A stretch of DNA of 64,000 nucleotides, from the NCBI GenBank assembly GCA_963701855.1, contig CAVPBK010000006.1:32001-96000 (forward strand). The letters run 5' to 3'. Source of the stretch: Nitrospirota bacterium (lineage in GTDB: Bacteria; Nitrospirota; Nitrospiria; Nitrospirales; Nitrospiraceae). How positions within the stretch are numbered: the first letter of the stretch is position 1; each line of letters starts with the position of its first letter. The notes under the pieces were generated by a model. The model did no database searches. It saw only the letters and a program-made list of their open reading frames with translations, and was not told where the DNA came from. Shown here one piece after another: positions 1 to 9,164 of this stretch. Both the position numbers and the translations under genes were made by a program.

Positions 1-2
1 CC

Positions 3-524
3 AAACTTCTGAAGCCTCAGAATGTCACAAATCTCGTGGTGGATCCGGTCATGATCTCAAAGACCGGCCATGCGCTGCTCAAACCGGAGGCGATCGACGC
101 CATGAAGACACAGCTCTTCCCCCTGGCACTGCTCGTCACGCCGAACATCCATGAGGCCCAGCAACTGTCCGGTATTGAGATCAAGACACTCGCGGACGCA
201 CGCCGCGCCGCCAAAATCATTCACGGATTTGGCTGCAAGCATGTGTTGATCAAGGGCGGTCATTTGGCGGCAGAGCGAGCCACCGATCTGCTCTATGACG
301 GCCGGTTCTTTAACGTGTTCAAGGGAGAGTTCATCGATACTCCTCATACGCATGGCACCGGCTGCACGTTCGCCTCGGCCATCGCGGCCCATCTTGCACG
401 AGGCAAATCCATGAACGACGCCGTTCAGGCCGGCAAGACCTATCTTACCGAGGCTATTCGCCATAGCCTTGCGATCGGTCACGGAACTGGACCGACGAAT
501 CATTTCTACTTTCTCCATACATAG
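3..524 (+). CDS. thiD: Hydroxymethylpyrimidine/phosphomethylpyrimidine kinase (5'-truncated by window edge)
   Basis: VDPVM, TPNxxEA, LIKGGH and THGTGCT motifs of ThiD (ribokinase family). Confidence 0.93.
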   Translation, partial: KLLKPQNVTNLVVDPVMISKTGHALLKPEAIDAMKTQLFPLALLVTPNIHEAQQLSGIEIKTLADARRAAKIIHGFGCKHVLIKGGHLAAERATDLLYDGRFFNVFKGEFIDTPHTHGTGCTFASAIAAHLARGKSMNDAVQAGKTYLTEAIRHSLAIGHGTGPTNHFYFLHT

Positions 525-526
525 AT

Positions 527-718
527 CAGGATGCTGAAAAAGTCCGCCAGCAGCGTTCTCGACTCATCGAAATCCTCAACGGGGACCCGGCCGCCTCACC
601 GACTCGGCGGCGCGCACAGACGTGGTGCTCCTTATTCGTCGCACCGTGCGCCCCAGAGGGTACGCCTCCGGTTTCGACTCGCCTGCGGCCTTGCTGAACG
701 GACTTTTTGAGCATCCTG
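527..718. repeat. Palindromic MITE-like element, family A copy A1, with an internal cargo module
   Basis: Ends CAGGATGCTGAAAAAGTCCG / CGGACTTTTTGAGCATCCTG (20-bp inverted repeat, 1 mismatch); core CTCAACG..GGTACGCCTC..GCGGCCTTGCTG; starts 2 nt after the thiD stop. Confidence 0.9.
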
Positions 719-738
719 TTTGACTGAAAGACCATCCC

Positions 739-1521
739 ATGGAAGAAGCGCTGTTATTTCACGATCACCATGGCCACGGCATCGCTGCGATTCTGAGCAC
801 ACCTGACGGACCAACGACGCGTCTCGCCGTGTTGTGCCATGGATTTCTCTCCAGCAAAAATAGCACGACCAATAAGACCTTAACCCGCCTCCTCAATGCA
901 CAGGGCCTGGCGACCTTTCGGTTCGACTTTTTCGGTCAAGGAGACAGTGACGGACCGTTTGAAGAAATCACGACAACCCTGGCCGTGCAGCAAACCCAAT
1001 CCGTACTGGATCTGGTGGCCGCCAGAGGCTATGACCGAATCGGAATCGTCGGCTCAAGCTTTGGAGGGCTCGTCGCCATTCTCACGGCAGCCCAACGTCG
1101 TGATATCGCCTGTTTGGCTCTCAAATGTCCTGTCGTGGACTTTGCAGAAGAGCTTCGCTTAACTTTCGAACCAGAAGAGTTGGCGCGGTGGCAAGCCACG
1201 GACACAATTCAGAACATTATGGGAGGGCCGGATCGGGTCCGTTTGCGGTATGCCTTTTACGAAGACTGCCTCAGACAGATCGCCTATGAGCCGGCTGAAC
1301 GAATCACCATACCCACACTGATTGTCCAGGGTGAAAAGGATGAATGTGTCCCTCTTCATCAAAGCCGTCGATTACATGATGCGCTGAGAGGACCAAAGAG
1401 GTTGGATCTTCTGCCAGGCGCCGATCACCAATTCACTCGTGGGGAAGATTTTCACCAGATGACGACATCGATCAGTGATTGGCTCTTCACCCATCTCACA
1501 GCAAAACCTAGCGGCGACTGA
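739..1521 (+). CDS. Alpha/beta-fold hydrolase
   Basis: CHGF oxyanion motif, GSSFGG nucleophile elbow, Asp (GEKDE) and His (GADH); stop codon lies inside repeat A2. Confidence 0.88.
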   Translation: MEEALLFHDHHGHGIAAILSTPDGPTTRLAVLCHGFLSSKNSTTNKTLTRLLNAQGLATFRFDFFGQGDSDGPFEEITTTLAVQQTQSVLDLVAARGYDRIGIVGSSFGGLVAILTAAQRRDIACLALKCPVVDFAEELRLTFEPEELARWQATDTIQNIMGGPDRVRLRYAFYEDCLRQIAYEPAERITIPTLIVQGEKDECVPLHQSRRLHDALRGPKRLDLLPGADHQFTRGEDFHQMTTSISDWLFTHLTAKPSGD

Positions 1522-1634
1522 AACTGCCTTCCAACTTCGTTCTCAGTCGTGCGTCTCCTTGAGACGTACCCCAAGGGTACGCCTCAGTCGCCTCACTCCC
1601 TGCGGCCTTGCTGGAAGGCAGTTTGAGCCGCCGC
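1511..1634. repeat. Family A copy A2 (short form)
   Basis: Ends GCGGCGACTGAAACTGCCTTCCA / TGGAAGGCAGTTTGAGCCGCCGC; core GACGTACCCCAAGGGTACGCCTC..CTGCGGCCTTGCTG. Confidence 0.85.
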
Positions 1635-1639
1635 TTTGC

Positions 1640-1805
1640 CCACACCCAGCCTCGGCGCCGAGACGCGCCTTTCTCCATACGGCCTTCTCGCATCGCTCTC
1701 AAGAGCCGTGAGAGGTAAAACGTGTGACTGCCGAATGCTCTTTCTCCGAAACGTTTCACGATTCACGTCTTACGGATCGCTGAACGGTCTTGTTGAGCAT
1801 CCTGC
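1640..1805. repeat. Partial family A element A3 (left end missing)
   Basis: GCGCCGAGACGCGCCTTT module matches the reverse complement of about 7095-7150; right end TTGAGCATCCTGC; the right part resembles 53290-53375. Confidence 0.7.
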
Positions 1806-2007
1806 CGTACCCTACTCCTCTCATAATTCTGATCACCTGCAGTTTCCTCACATTCGAACTTTTCAGGATGCGAGTCTGTTTCCCGCTCACCGTTGCACGC
1901 TATTATGAGGTATTCGGCGAAGGAGAAAAAATTGATATTTTCCTGGCGCAACAGGCACCTCCGAGACACAATGCAACGGAGCCACAGACAACTGAGTTCT
2001 ATAAGAC

Positions 2008-3033
2008 TTGCCACGAATGATTCCCGCGACAAACATCGTGCCCCCCCGGCTCCAGCTTGCAGCCCTTGCGGCAATACTCTGCCAGAGCCTGCATCCTGTA
2101 GCGATGTCCACAATCGTCTCAGCGGCAGAACAAGAGCCGCCATCCCGTCATAGCTTGATTCACCGTTCAGCTGCTGAATCTGCCGCTCCACCTGCCACGA
2201 CTCATGGAACCATACTTCAGCCATCCAGCACTGAGTCCACTCACATCACGAGCCCGATCGAACCGCACCAGCCATCGATATCGGTATCACCAGTACCTGT
2301 CCCAGCGCCACATCATCGGACATTGACCAAGCGTCCGGCCATTGCCACGATAACCGCTCCTGCGATTTCATCCCAGACTCCCCCTGCAGCATCGGTATCA
2401 AGCATCGCAGATGGAAAGGCCACACAAGCGACAGTCGATACCGCCAAGAGCGCAACCCCCACGGCAACGGCGCCCATTATAAAGGCAACGGCTGCGACTC
2501 TTCTTGGAACAGCCCCGGCTGCCTCTGCTACGGTGGCTCCGACCGGTTCCTCTCCGCTGGCAGGAGCTACAGGCGTTCATTCTGCAGCCTCAGCGGGTAG
2601 CGGCTCAACTCCTATGTCTGGCGGTTCGAGATCGGCAGCGAACGTGCTCAAGAACTCTGCGATCACGCGCCTGTTGCAACCCGCGACTCCTGTTGTCACA
2701 GCAGCTCCGCCATCGACTCCACCCTCACCTCCGCCTTCGACTCCGCCGTCAACCCCACCACCATCTCCGCCTCCTGCTAGCCCATCGACAGGGAACGTGA
2801 CACTTACATGGTCGGCGAATGTAGAGCCTGATCTGGCCGGTTACAAAATTTACGTCGGTACGAATTCCGGCATGTACAGTTTCCCTGGATCTCCCTTCGT
2901 GACAGGAAAAGTCACGAGCTATACGATCTCCAATCTCCCCAAGGGCCAGACCTACTACTTTGCGATCTCTGCTTACGATAGTGCCGGCAACGAAAGTGTG
3001 ATGTCGTCCGAAGTCAGCAAGAGCCTCTACTAG
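2008..3033 (+). CDS. Pro/Ser/Thr/Ala-rich protein with C-terminal fibronectin type III domain
   Basis: Low-complexity linker, then VTLTW..DLAGYKIY..YYFAISAYDSAGNES (FN3 pattern); start uncertain. Confidence 0.8.
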   Translation: MPRMIPATNIVPPRLQLAALAAILCQSLHPVAMSTIVSAAEQEPPSRHSLIHRSAAESAAPPATTHGTILQPSSTESTHITSPIEPHQPSISVSPVPVPAPHHRTLTKRPAIATITAPAISSQTPPAASVSSIADGKATQATVDTAKSATPTATAPIIKATAATLLGTAPAASATVAPTGSSPLAGATGVHSAASAGSGSTPMSGGSRSAANVLKNSAITRLLQPATPVVTAAPPSTPPSPPPSTPPSTPPPSPPPASPSTGNVTLTWSANVEPDLAGYKIYVGTNSGMYSFPGSPFVTGKVTSYTISNLPKGQTYYFAISAYDSAGNESVMSSEVSKSLY

Positions 3034-3220
3034 CGGCTGCTGAAAAATGGAGCAGGGGAGCGGCCAGGTGCCCTTCTTGCTCGCAGAACGCGCACGATGA
3101 AACTGTGCTCGTTCGATGCGCGCAGTAAAGGGCAGCCTTGGCCACTCCCCTTAAGAGAGGGTATAAGGAATCGGACGGCCCTCCCTGTGGCCTCGTTGGA
3201 AACCAGTTTGAGCAGCCGCT
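3032..3220. repeat. Family A shell A4 containing a family B hairpin (3054-3151)
   Basis: Ends AGCGGCTGCTGAAA / TTTGAGCAGCCGCT; left end overlaps the TAG of the FN3 gene; internal TTGCTCGCAGAACGCGCACGAT..GTTCGATGCGCGCAGT core. Confidence 0.85.
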
Positions 3221-3255
3221 TATGAATACGAAAACGATGAAGCGTGCTCTCTGTA

Positions 3256-3424
3256 GCAGGATGCTCAAATAGACGATCCAACAAGGCCGCAGGGAGTCCG
3301 GCGACTGAGGCGTACATTTCTCACCCACCCACCCCGAGCTGCCAAGACAGCTCTTTCACCAGTGGGTACGTCGCAAGGAGACGGGCGACTGAGAACAAAA
3401 CTGGAATACAGCTAGAGCCGCCGC
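3256..3424. repeat. Family A copy A5 (opposite orientation, mismatched ends, loop insertion)
   Basis: GCAGGATGCTCAAA..CAAGGCCGCAG..GAGGCGTAC[insert]GGGTACGTCG..GAGAAC..GAGCCGCCGC. Confidence 0.75.
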
Positions 3425-3470
3425 TTTGATGAGGCAAGTTGTATGGGGTCATTGTGCTAAAGAAATCCCG

Positions 3471-3597
3471 GCAGGATGCTCAAAACGGTCATCCAGCAAG
3501 GCCGCAGGAGAGAAATAACCGGAGGCGTACCCTCTGGGGTACGTTGAGGATTATTTCGACCCGAGAACGACGCTGGGGACTGTTTTCAGCATCCTGC
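3471..3597. repeat. Family A copy A6 (short form)
   Basis: GCAGGATGCTCAAAACGGTC / GACTGTTTTCAGCATCCTGC; core GAGGCGTACCCTCTGGGGTACGTTGAGG; abuts the stop of the FGE-domain gene. Confidence 0.9.
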
Positions 3598-4466
3598 TAA
3601 GATTTGGCGCAGCGGAAGCCCGTATAGCTATTGCGCGTCTCGGGTGAGAGCTTGAAGCGGCCATAGGTGAGGAGATACTTCGGCAGGTCTGACCAAGATC
3701 CACCGCGCAGCACTTTGAATTGCCCCTGTTCTGGTCCCTGCGGATTTTGTTCCGGCGAGACTTCGTAATAGTTCGCGGCATACCAATCCTGCACCCACTC
3801 CCAGACATTCCCAGCCATTTGATAGAGCCCGTATGGACTCTTGCCTTGCTCATAGGACTGCACGGGCATCAAGACCTGGCTGTAGCTGAAGCGCGCACCC
3901 AACCCGAAATTCGCCAGATCTTTACTTGGAACCCAATTGCCCCAGGGATATAATTTTCCGTCTGTTCCCCTGGCCGACTTCTCCCATTCCGCTTCGGTGG
4001 GAAGCCGCTTTCCCATCCACTGACAATAGGCATCAGCGTCCGACCAGTCCACTCCAATCACCGGCCGATCACTATGCTGCGACAGATCGACCATGTCCCA
4101 TTGCCAGGGCGCAGGGCGGTTTGTCGCAGTAAAAAACGAAGCGTACTGTCCTGTCGTGACCTCGTAGAGATCGATAAAGAAAGCAGGCAGCCAGATCTGA
4201 TGTTTTGGCCGCTCATCCTCTAAGGCCTGCATCCCATCCATTCCCATTCTAAACTCACCGGCTTGAATCTCGGCCATAGGAGTTCCAGCAACAGCCATCG
4301 TGTCCAAAGCCTTGGACTTCCTGAGCCGGTCAAGCTGAGCGGTTGCATTAGTATCGGGCACAAGAAGGAGAAGGATAGTCAAAACGATCAATGCTCTCAC
4401 GCACCCAACCCCGGCGGCTATTCCACCCTCCCGCCCTGAGGCTACCAAGATAGCCTCTTTGCCCAT
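3597..4466 (-). CDS. Formylglycine-generating enzyme (FGE-sulfatase/SUMF1) domain protein
   Basis: RLPTEAEWEKSARG, MAGNVWEW, RGGSW and GFRCA motifs; the ORF-track extension to 4775 is repeat-derived. Confidence 0.9.
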   Translation of the reverse strand: MGKEAILVASGREGGIAAGVGCVRALIVLTILLLLVPDTNATAQLDRLRKSKALDTMAVAGTPMAEIQAGEFRMGMDGMQALEDERPKHQIWLPAFFIDLYEVTTGQYASFFTATNRPAPWQWDMVDLSQHSDRPVIGVDWSDADAYCQWMGKRLPTEAEWEKSARGTDGKLYPWGNWVPSKDLANFGLGARFSYSQVLMPVQSYEQGKSPYGLYQMAGNVWEWVQDWYAANYYEVSPEQNPQGPEQGQFKVLRGGSWSDLPKYLLTYGRFKLSPETRNSYTGFRCAKS

Positions 4467-4524
4467 GGGCGCGCCTTTCACCTTACAAGGCCGCAGGAAG
4501 TTTGAACGCCGAGGTGTACGCGGA

Positions 4525-4735
4525 AGGATGCTCAAAAAGGTCATCCAACGTGGCCGCAGGCGAGAGAAAACAGGAAACGTAATATTCTCACCCGCCCGCT
4601 CCGAGCCGGACGAACAGCTCTTATCCGATGGGCTATGTTGAGAATTTTGTCGAGCCGAAAACCAACCCTGGGTCAGGCGCGTCCCGGCGCGCCGGGGTTG
4701 GGCGGGTGAGAAGATGACCTTTTTCAGCATCCTGC
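4525..4735. repeat. Family A copy A7 with two internal modules
   Basis: AGGATGCTCAAAAAGGTCATC / GATGACCTTTTTCAGCATCCT; contains GGCGCGTCCCGGCGCGCCGGGGTTGGGCGGGTGAGAA, also seen in A9; a core fragment precedes it at about 4487-4522. Confidence 0.85.
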
Positions 4736-4737
4736 TG

Positions 4738-5397
4738 TCAATGGAGGATTCCACTGACCACCCAATGCCGATCATCGATGACGTCGATGAGCAGGCGGCT
4801 GAGGTTCAGTTCGGCTAACTGCGCCGCTACTTCATCTTCGGTGAACGCCGCCAACAGCGAATTATAAAAATCACGCCGCAACACCTCTGGCTCCTTTGCC
4901 GCGTAACGATCCACGATGGCCTGCGCCTCTTCGGGCGAATCCGGTCTGAGCAGATCCATCACGAGCACAGAGGAGCCTGGCTTCACCAGTTGCCGCAGCC
5001 GATACCAGAACTGCAAGGGATTGGGCACATGATGCAACAGGCTGTTGGAGACTGCGGCATCGGCCGGTTCAACCAGCGAAACCGCTTGAAAACGCTCGCA
5101 GCGAAAGGTAATCCGGTCGGCCAGACCTGCCAGCGTCACAGACGCGCCAGCGAGGCCAATCATCGGCTCCGACGCATCGACCGCGGTGATGCGACAAGCG
5201 GGATAGGCCTGAGCGAAGCGGATAGGAATATCGCCGGGACCACAACCCAGGTCGAGCAGATGCCCCTCGGAAAAATCGGGAAAGTATTCACGGAAACGAT
5301 CGACGAAACCTTGATTCTCTTTTTCAAAATCCGCCTTTGCATAGACAAGCGCCTGCTCAGGATCGTCCATGAGTTCTGGTTCAAGGGTACGGTTCAT
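4738..5397 (-). CDS. Class I SAM-dependent methyltransferase
   Basis: LDLGCGPG motif I, SNSLLHH. Confidence 0.88.
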   Translation of the reverse strand: MNRTLEPELMDDPEQALVYAKADFEKENQGFVDRFREYFPDFSEGHLLDLGCGPGDIPIRFAQAYPACRITAVDASEPMIGLAGASVTLAGLADRITFRCERFQAVSLVEPADAAVSNSLLHHVPNPLQFWYRLRQLVKPGSSVLVMDLLRPDSPEEAQAIVDRYAAKEPEVLRRDFYNSLLAAFTEDEVAAQLAELNLSRLLIDVIDDRHWVVSGILH

Positions 5398-5414
5398 GGC
5401 TTTCCTCGCGTAGA

Positions 5415-5470
5415 CTGAGGCTGAGGTTAAGGCTAAGTTCGATCAAACGTGACCTCAGCCTTGACCTTAG
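5415..5470. repeat. Inverted arrays of degenerate hexamers (AGGYTR)n / (YARCCT)n
   Basis: CTGAGGCTGAGGTTAAGGCTAAG ... TGACCTCAGCCTTGACCTTAG; same design at 37112-37197. Confidence 0.7.
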
Positions 5471-5955
5471 TCTGCTTCTACTATGACTTCGTCGCCCGGT
5501 CTCACCACGCCCTCACGCAGCACTCTCGCATAGAGCCGACTCCATCCTGGGTTCAATTTCTGAGACACGCGTTTGTAGTCTCTGTCCCGGAACCACTGTG
5601 CATTTTTATCGCAGGGACTCGTATAACTCATGATCTCTATCTGCACCTCTGGCCCGACTTGGAGCCTGTCCCCTGGTTTCAGCTTTTCCCACTCAAGCCC
5701 GGCGAGCGTCAGGTTCTCTCCGGAAAAGCCGGCCTCGATTGAATGGCCCTCGTCCTGCAACCGCTCGATCAGCTCTTGCGAATACAGACAAACCGCACGA
5801 TCGGGTCCGCCATGGAATTTGAGGTTCTGTTGCCGGTCGCCCTCGACTCCGGTTTTTGAGATAACGGCCTCCAGCACCGGATGTTTCGGCACACCTCCAT
5901 CCGACACATTAATCTGGTACACGTGGGAATAGGGTGGCCATCCATTCTCAGTCAT
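5467..5955 (-). CDS. MOSC domain-containing protein
   Basis: GGVPK, HGGPDRAVCLY, GENL, PC and GWSRLYARVL motifs (YiiM-like). Confidence 0.88.
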   Translation of the reverse strand: MTENGWPPYSHVYQINVSDGGVPKHPVLEAVISKTGVEGDRQQNLKFHGGPDRAVCLYSQELIERLQDEGHSIEAGFSGENLTLAGLEWEKLKPGDRLQVGPEVQIEIMSYTSPCDKNAQWFRDRDYKRVSQKLNPGWSRLYARVLREGVVRPGDEVIVEAD

Positions 5956-6839
5956 CAGCTCACTCCTTCACAGGATTCCGCCACTAGCAACTCCAACGCC
6001 ACCCAGCCCTCTTGTTCACGCCGCTGAACCAACAGGGCGCCGACCTTGGAGAATGCCTCGATAATCTCTTGTTCTTGATCAAGCAGAATGCCGGACAGTA
6101 AGAGCTTCGCACCGTGGCTTACGTACTGCGCCAATTCATCGCGCAGCAGGAGCAGCGTCTGGCGATCGAGATTGGCGAGCACCAGATCTGGCCGCAGCTC
6201 GCCATGCGGGTCAACATCTTCCAGAGTTCCGCACCGGAATTCGAGATGGCCCCCAAACCCGTTCTCTGTGGCATAGTCTCGCGCGCAATTTACCGCAACA
6301 GGATCGCACTCCACTCCGATGGCGGAGGCTGCCCCGAGCCGCAGCGCAGCCATCGCCAGAATGCCGCTCCCCGCCCCCACATCCAGCACGGATTCACCAC
6401 CGTGAACGAGGTCTTCAAGCCATTCCAACAACATCCGTGTCGTCGCATGATGACCCGTGCCGAATGCCTGCTTCGGATCGAGTACGATCTCAATGTCCCG
6501 TGTCTGCAACGCCACCGGTTCCCAACTCGGCCTGACCACAATCCGCTTACCGATCCGAATCGGTCTGACCGACTGAGCCCACTGCCGATTCCAATCCTGA
6601 TCGGGCAATTCCTCAACACGGATATCGCTCTCGGACGAAACGTCCGGATCGAGTTCCTGCAGAGTCCTGCTCAGGCGAGCACGTGCCTCCATGCTCCACT
6701 GTGGTTTCGGCCAATAGAGATGGACCACCCCGTCCTCATCCCATCCGCCTTGAATCGAGGGATCAGACAGCATGCCGAGCAACTCTGCCGCATCGACCAC
6801 GGTCCGAATCTGGACATCGATCCACCCCTCTGAGTTCAT
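5955..6839 (-). CDS. prmA: Ribosomal protein L11 methyltransferase
   Basis: DWNRQW, PSW, DPKQAFGTGHHATT, LDVGAGSGILA, LLLSGIL. Confidence 0.92.
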   Translation of the reverse strand: MNSEGWIDVQIRTVVDAAELLGMLSDPSIQGGWDEDGVVHLYWPKPQWSMEARARLSRTLQELDPDVSSESDIRVEELPDQDWNRQWAQSVRPIRIGKRIVVRPSWEPVALQTRDIEIVLDPKQAFGTGHHATTRMLLEWLEDLVHGGESVLDVGAGSGILAMAALRLGAASAIGVECDPVAVNCARDYATENGFGGHLEFRCGTLEDVDPHGELRPDLVLANLDRQTLLLLRDELAQYVSHGAKLLLSGILLDQEQEIIEAFSKVGALLVQRREQEGWVALELLVAESCEGVS

Positions 6840-6924
6840 AATGGCCTAGGAGCCTGCGGAAAACTCTCAAGGCACGCCGAAGTTTCATTTTTCAGCACGC
6901 TTGGAATACCGATGGTGCACCACA

Positions 6925-7182
6925 CAGGATGCTCAAAATGGCCGCCAGCGAAGCCGCAACGAGCAAAAAGGCGAAGGAGGTACGTACCGCACTTCGTGTG
7001 GGCCGTTCGCCCGTCGAATGAATCTTGGCGAACGGAAAAGCCCCTCCAGTAATTCCGACATCCGAGAGGCTCTGTTCGGTATGTTGAGCTTCTGAGCGAT
7101 GCGAGAACAAAGCATGGGAAAAGGCGCGTCTCGGCGCGCTGGGGTTGGGCGGGTGAGAAGGGTGACTTTTTCAGCATCCTGC
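6925..7182. repeat. Family A copy A9 (long form, two internal modules)
   Basis: CAGGATGCTCAAAA / TTTTTCAGCATCCTGC followed by TAG; a large insert between CGTAC and GTATGTTGAG. Confidence 0.85.
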
Positions 7183-7223
7183 TAGAGTTGACGCACTCTT
7201 CCCCATCCAGTAAGGTCGGCGCT

Positions 7224-9083
7224 ATGCTCCAAGACCAACCTGTCACGCCCATGACGAAAGCCCATACACTGACACGCCTGGTGGCGAAACTCGACCGTGT
7301 AATCGCCTTGGCCACCGCATCGAGTTCCGCACTCACCCGTTGGCGTCTCATCCTGTTCATCGTCGGAGCGATCTGCACGGTAGCCCTGTACAAAATGGGA
7401 TGGTATCAAGCCGGCAATGGGGCGCTTCTCATCTTCGTCGCCCTGTTTTTAACTGTGGCCGCCTATCATAACAGGCTCGAAAGTCGCTTGCACCGCCTTC
7501 GCCTCTGGAAGCAGATCAAGCTCGTGCACTTGGCACGTCTCCGGCTGGATTGGCCTCATATTCCCACTCGTCCGTCGAGCGCTCCCGAGCACCATCCCTA
7601 TGCCAAAGACTTGGACCTGGTCGGCCCCCACTCGCTCCTTCATCTGCTCGACACCACGGTCTCCTCACACGGACAGGCGCGGCTGGCGTCGTGGCTGCTT
7701 GAGCAACCGCCGAAACCGGACCAGTGGCTCAAGCGTCGCCGCCTGGTGCAGGAACTCATTCCGCGATCGCTGTTTCGGGATCGGCTGGGGCTTGAAGCTC
7801 AGCTCATCGGCGAACAGGAAATCAACGGGCGACGACTGGAAGCCGTTCTTCAGCATACAGTTGGATTCCCTCGCCTCACGACGATCTTAGCGATTCAAAC
7901 CCTGCTGGCCGCCGCCACCATCGGACTCGGCTTGAGTGCGCTACTTGACTGGCTGCCGAATTATTGGATGTGGTCCTTTGCACCCTATGCCTTGATCTAT
8001 TTCTGGACCGATCAGGGCGAAGAGCTATTGGAACATGCGGTGGGCGTGCACTTCGAACTGGAGAAGCTGGGAGCCGTACTGGGGTTTGTCGAACGACATG
8101 CACGGCCTAGCCACACGACGCTCACCGACTTGTGGGCACCGCTGCTTACGCCGGGGATGAATCCGCCTAAGCTCGTCCGGCAAGCGGCCCGCACCCTGCA
8201 TGCGATCAGCGTCAAAGCCCATCCGCTCATCCATCTGGCCGCCAACGCGTTCTGCCCATGGGATCTGTGGTTCACCTACCGGCTCCAACAGATTCAGGCT
8301 CAGGTAGCCGACCACCTGCCGACCTGGCTGGATCGACTGGCCGAGGTCGAGGCCGCCTCGGCACTCGCCACCTTTGCCGCGCTCCATCCATCGTATCGCT
8401 GGCCGGATCCATTTACCGCCGATCCGCAGCGTAACGGAGCGCAGGCCAGGCTGTCGGCCAAAAGCCTCGCCCATCCGCTGATTCCTGAGACTCACCGGGT
8501 CTCAAACGATCTTGCCCTCGAAACAGGGGGAACCGTACTCCTGATGACCGGGTCCAACATGTCGGGGAAGAGCACCTTCTTACGAACCCTGGGCATCAAT
8601 CTCTGCCTCGCTCAGGCAGGCGCCCCGGTCTGCGCCGATCTTTTCGAATGGACCTGGGCGCGCCTCGCCACCTGTATCCGCGTGGACGACTCGCTCGAAG
8701 CGGGCTTGTCTTTTTTCTATGCCGAGGTGAAACGCCTCAAGAGCCTGCTCGACGCGACGGCCGATCGATCCAGCGTACCGGTGGTATTCCTGATCGACGA
8801 GATATTCAAAGGCACCAACAATCGTGAACGGTTGATTGGGAGCCGTTCCTTCATTACCGCTCTCTCGCAAGGCAATGGATTTGGCTTAGTGACCACCCAT
8901 GATCTGGAATTGACCGATCTCGACAAGACGGTGCCAGGATTGCGGAACGCCCACTTTCAGGAAACCGTGGCAGCCGGCGCGCTGCAATTCGACTACAAGC
9001 TCAGACCCGGTCCCTGCGCCACAACCAACGCTCTGCGAATTATGGAACTGGAAGGGTTGCCGGTGCCTTCGCCTCAGGCCTGA
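7224..9083 (+). CDS. Membrane-anchored MutS-related ATPase (MutS domain V only)
   Basis: N-terminal hydrophobic helices; TGSNMSGKSTFLR Walker A, SFFYAEV, IDEIFKGTN, TTHDLEL. Confidence 0.88.
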   Translation: MLQDQPVTPMTKAHTLTRLVAKLDRVIALATASSSALTRWRLILFIVGAICTVALYKMGWYQAGNGALLIFVALFLTVAAYHNRLESRLHRLRLWKQIKLVHLARLRLDWPHIPTRPSSAPEHHPYAKDLDLVGPHSLLHLLDTTVSSHGQARLASWLLEQPPKPDQWLKRRRLVQELIPRSLFRDRLGLEAQLIGEQEINGRRLEAVLQHTVGFPRLTTILAIQTLLAAATIGLGLSALLDWLPNYWMWSFAPYALIYFWTDQGEELLEHAVGVHFELEKLGAVLGFVERHARPSHTTLTDLWAPLLTPGMNPPKLVRQAARTLHAISVKAHPLIHLAANAFCPWDLWFTYRLQQIQAQVADHLPTWLDRLAEVEAASALATFAALHPSYRWPDPFTADPQRNGAQARLSAKSLAHPLIPETHRVSNDLALETGGTVLLMTGSNMSGKSTFLRTLGINLCLAQAGAPVCADLFEWTWARLATCIRVDDSLEAGLSFFYAEVKRLKSLLDATADRSSVPVVFLIDEIFKGTNNRERLIGSRSFITALSQGNGFGLVTTHDLELTDLDKTVPGLRNAHFQETVAAGALQFDYKLRPGPCATTNALRIMELEGLPVPSPQA

Positions 9084-9164
9084 CCGTTGCCACCTTTTTA
9101 TTCCGTCCCTGCTGTGCTAAGACTCCGGCACGATTCGGGCGCATTCACCTGCTTGAGAGGCGCC

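Noticed and set aside
6850..6902. Possible tiny family A derivative (GAGCCTGCGGAAAA..TTTTTCAGCACGCTT)
   Set aside because: Only weak end similarity and no core; too degenerate to list.
526..7393. ORF-track entries containing MLKK.. peptides (526-735, 3551-3853, 4459-4641, 6836-7393) and the N-terminal extension of the FGE ORF to 4775
   Set aside because: They are translations of family A repeats, whose ends contain ATGCTSAAAAA; there is no independent coding evidence.
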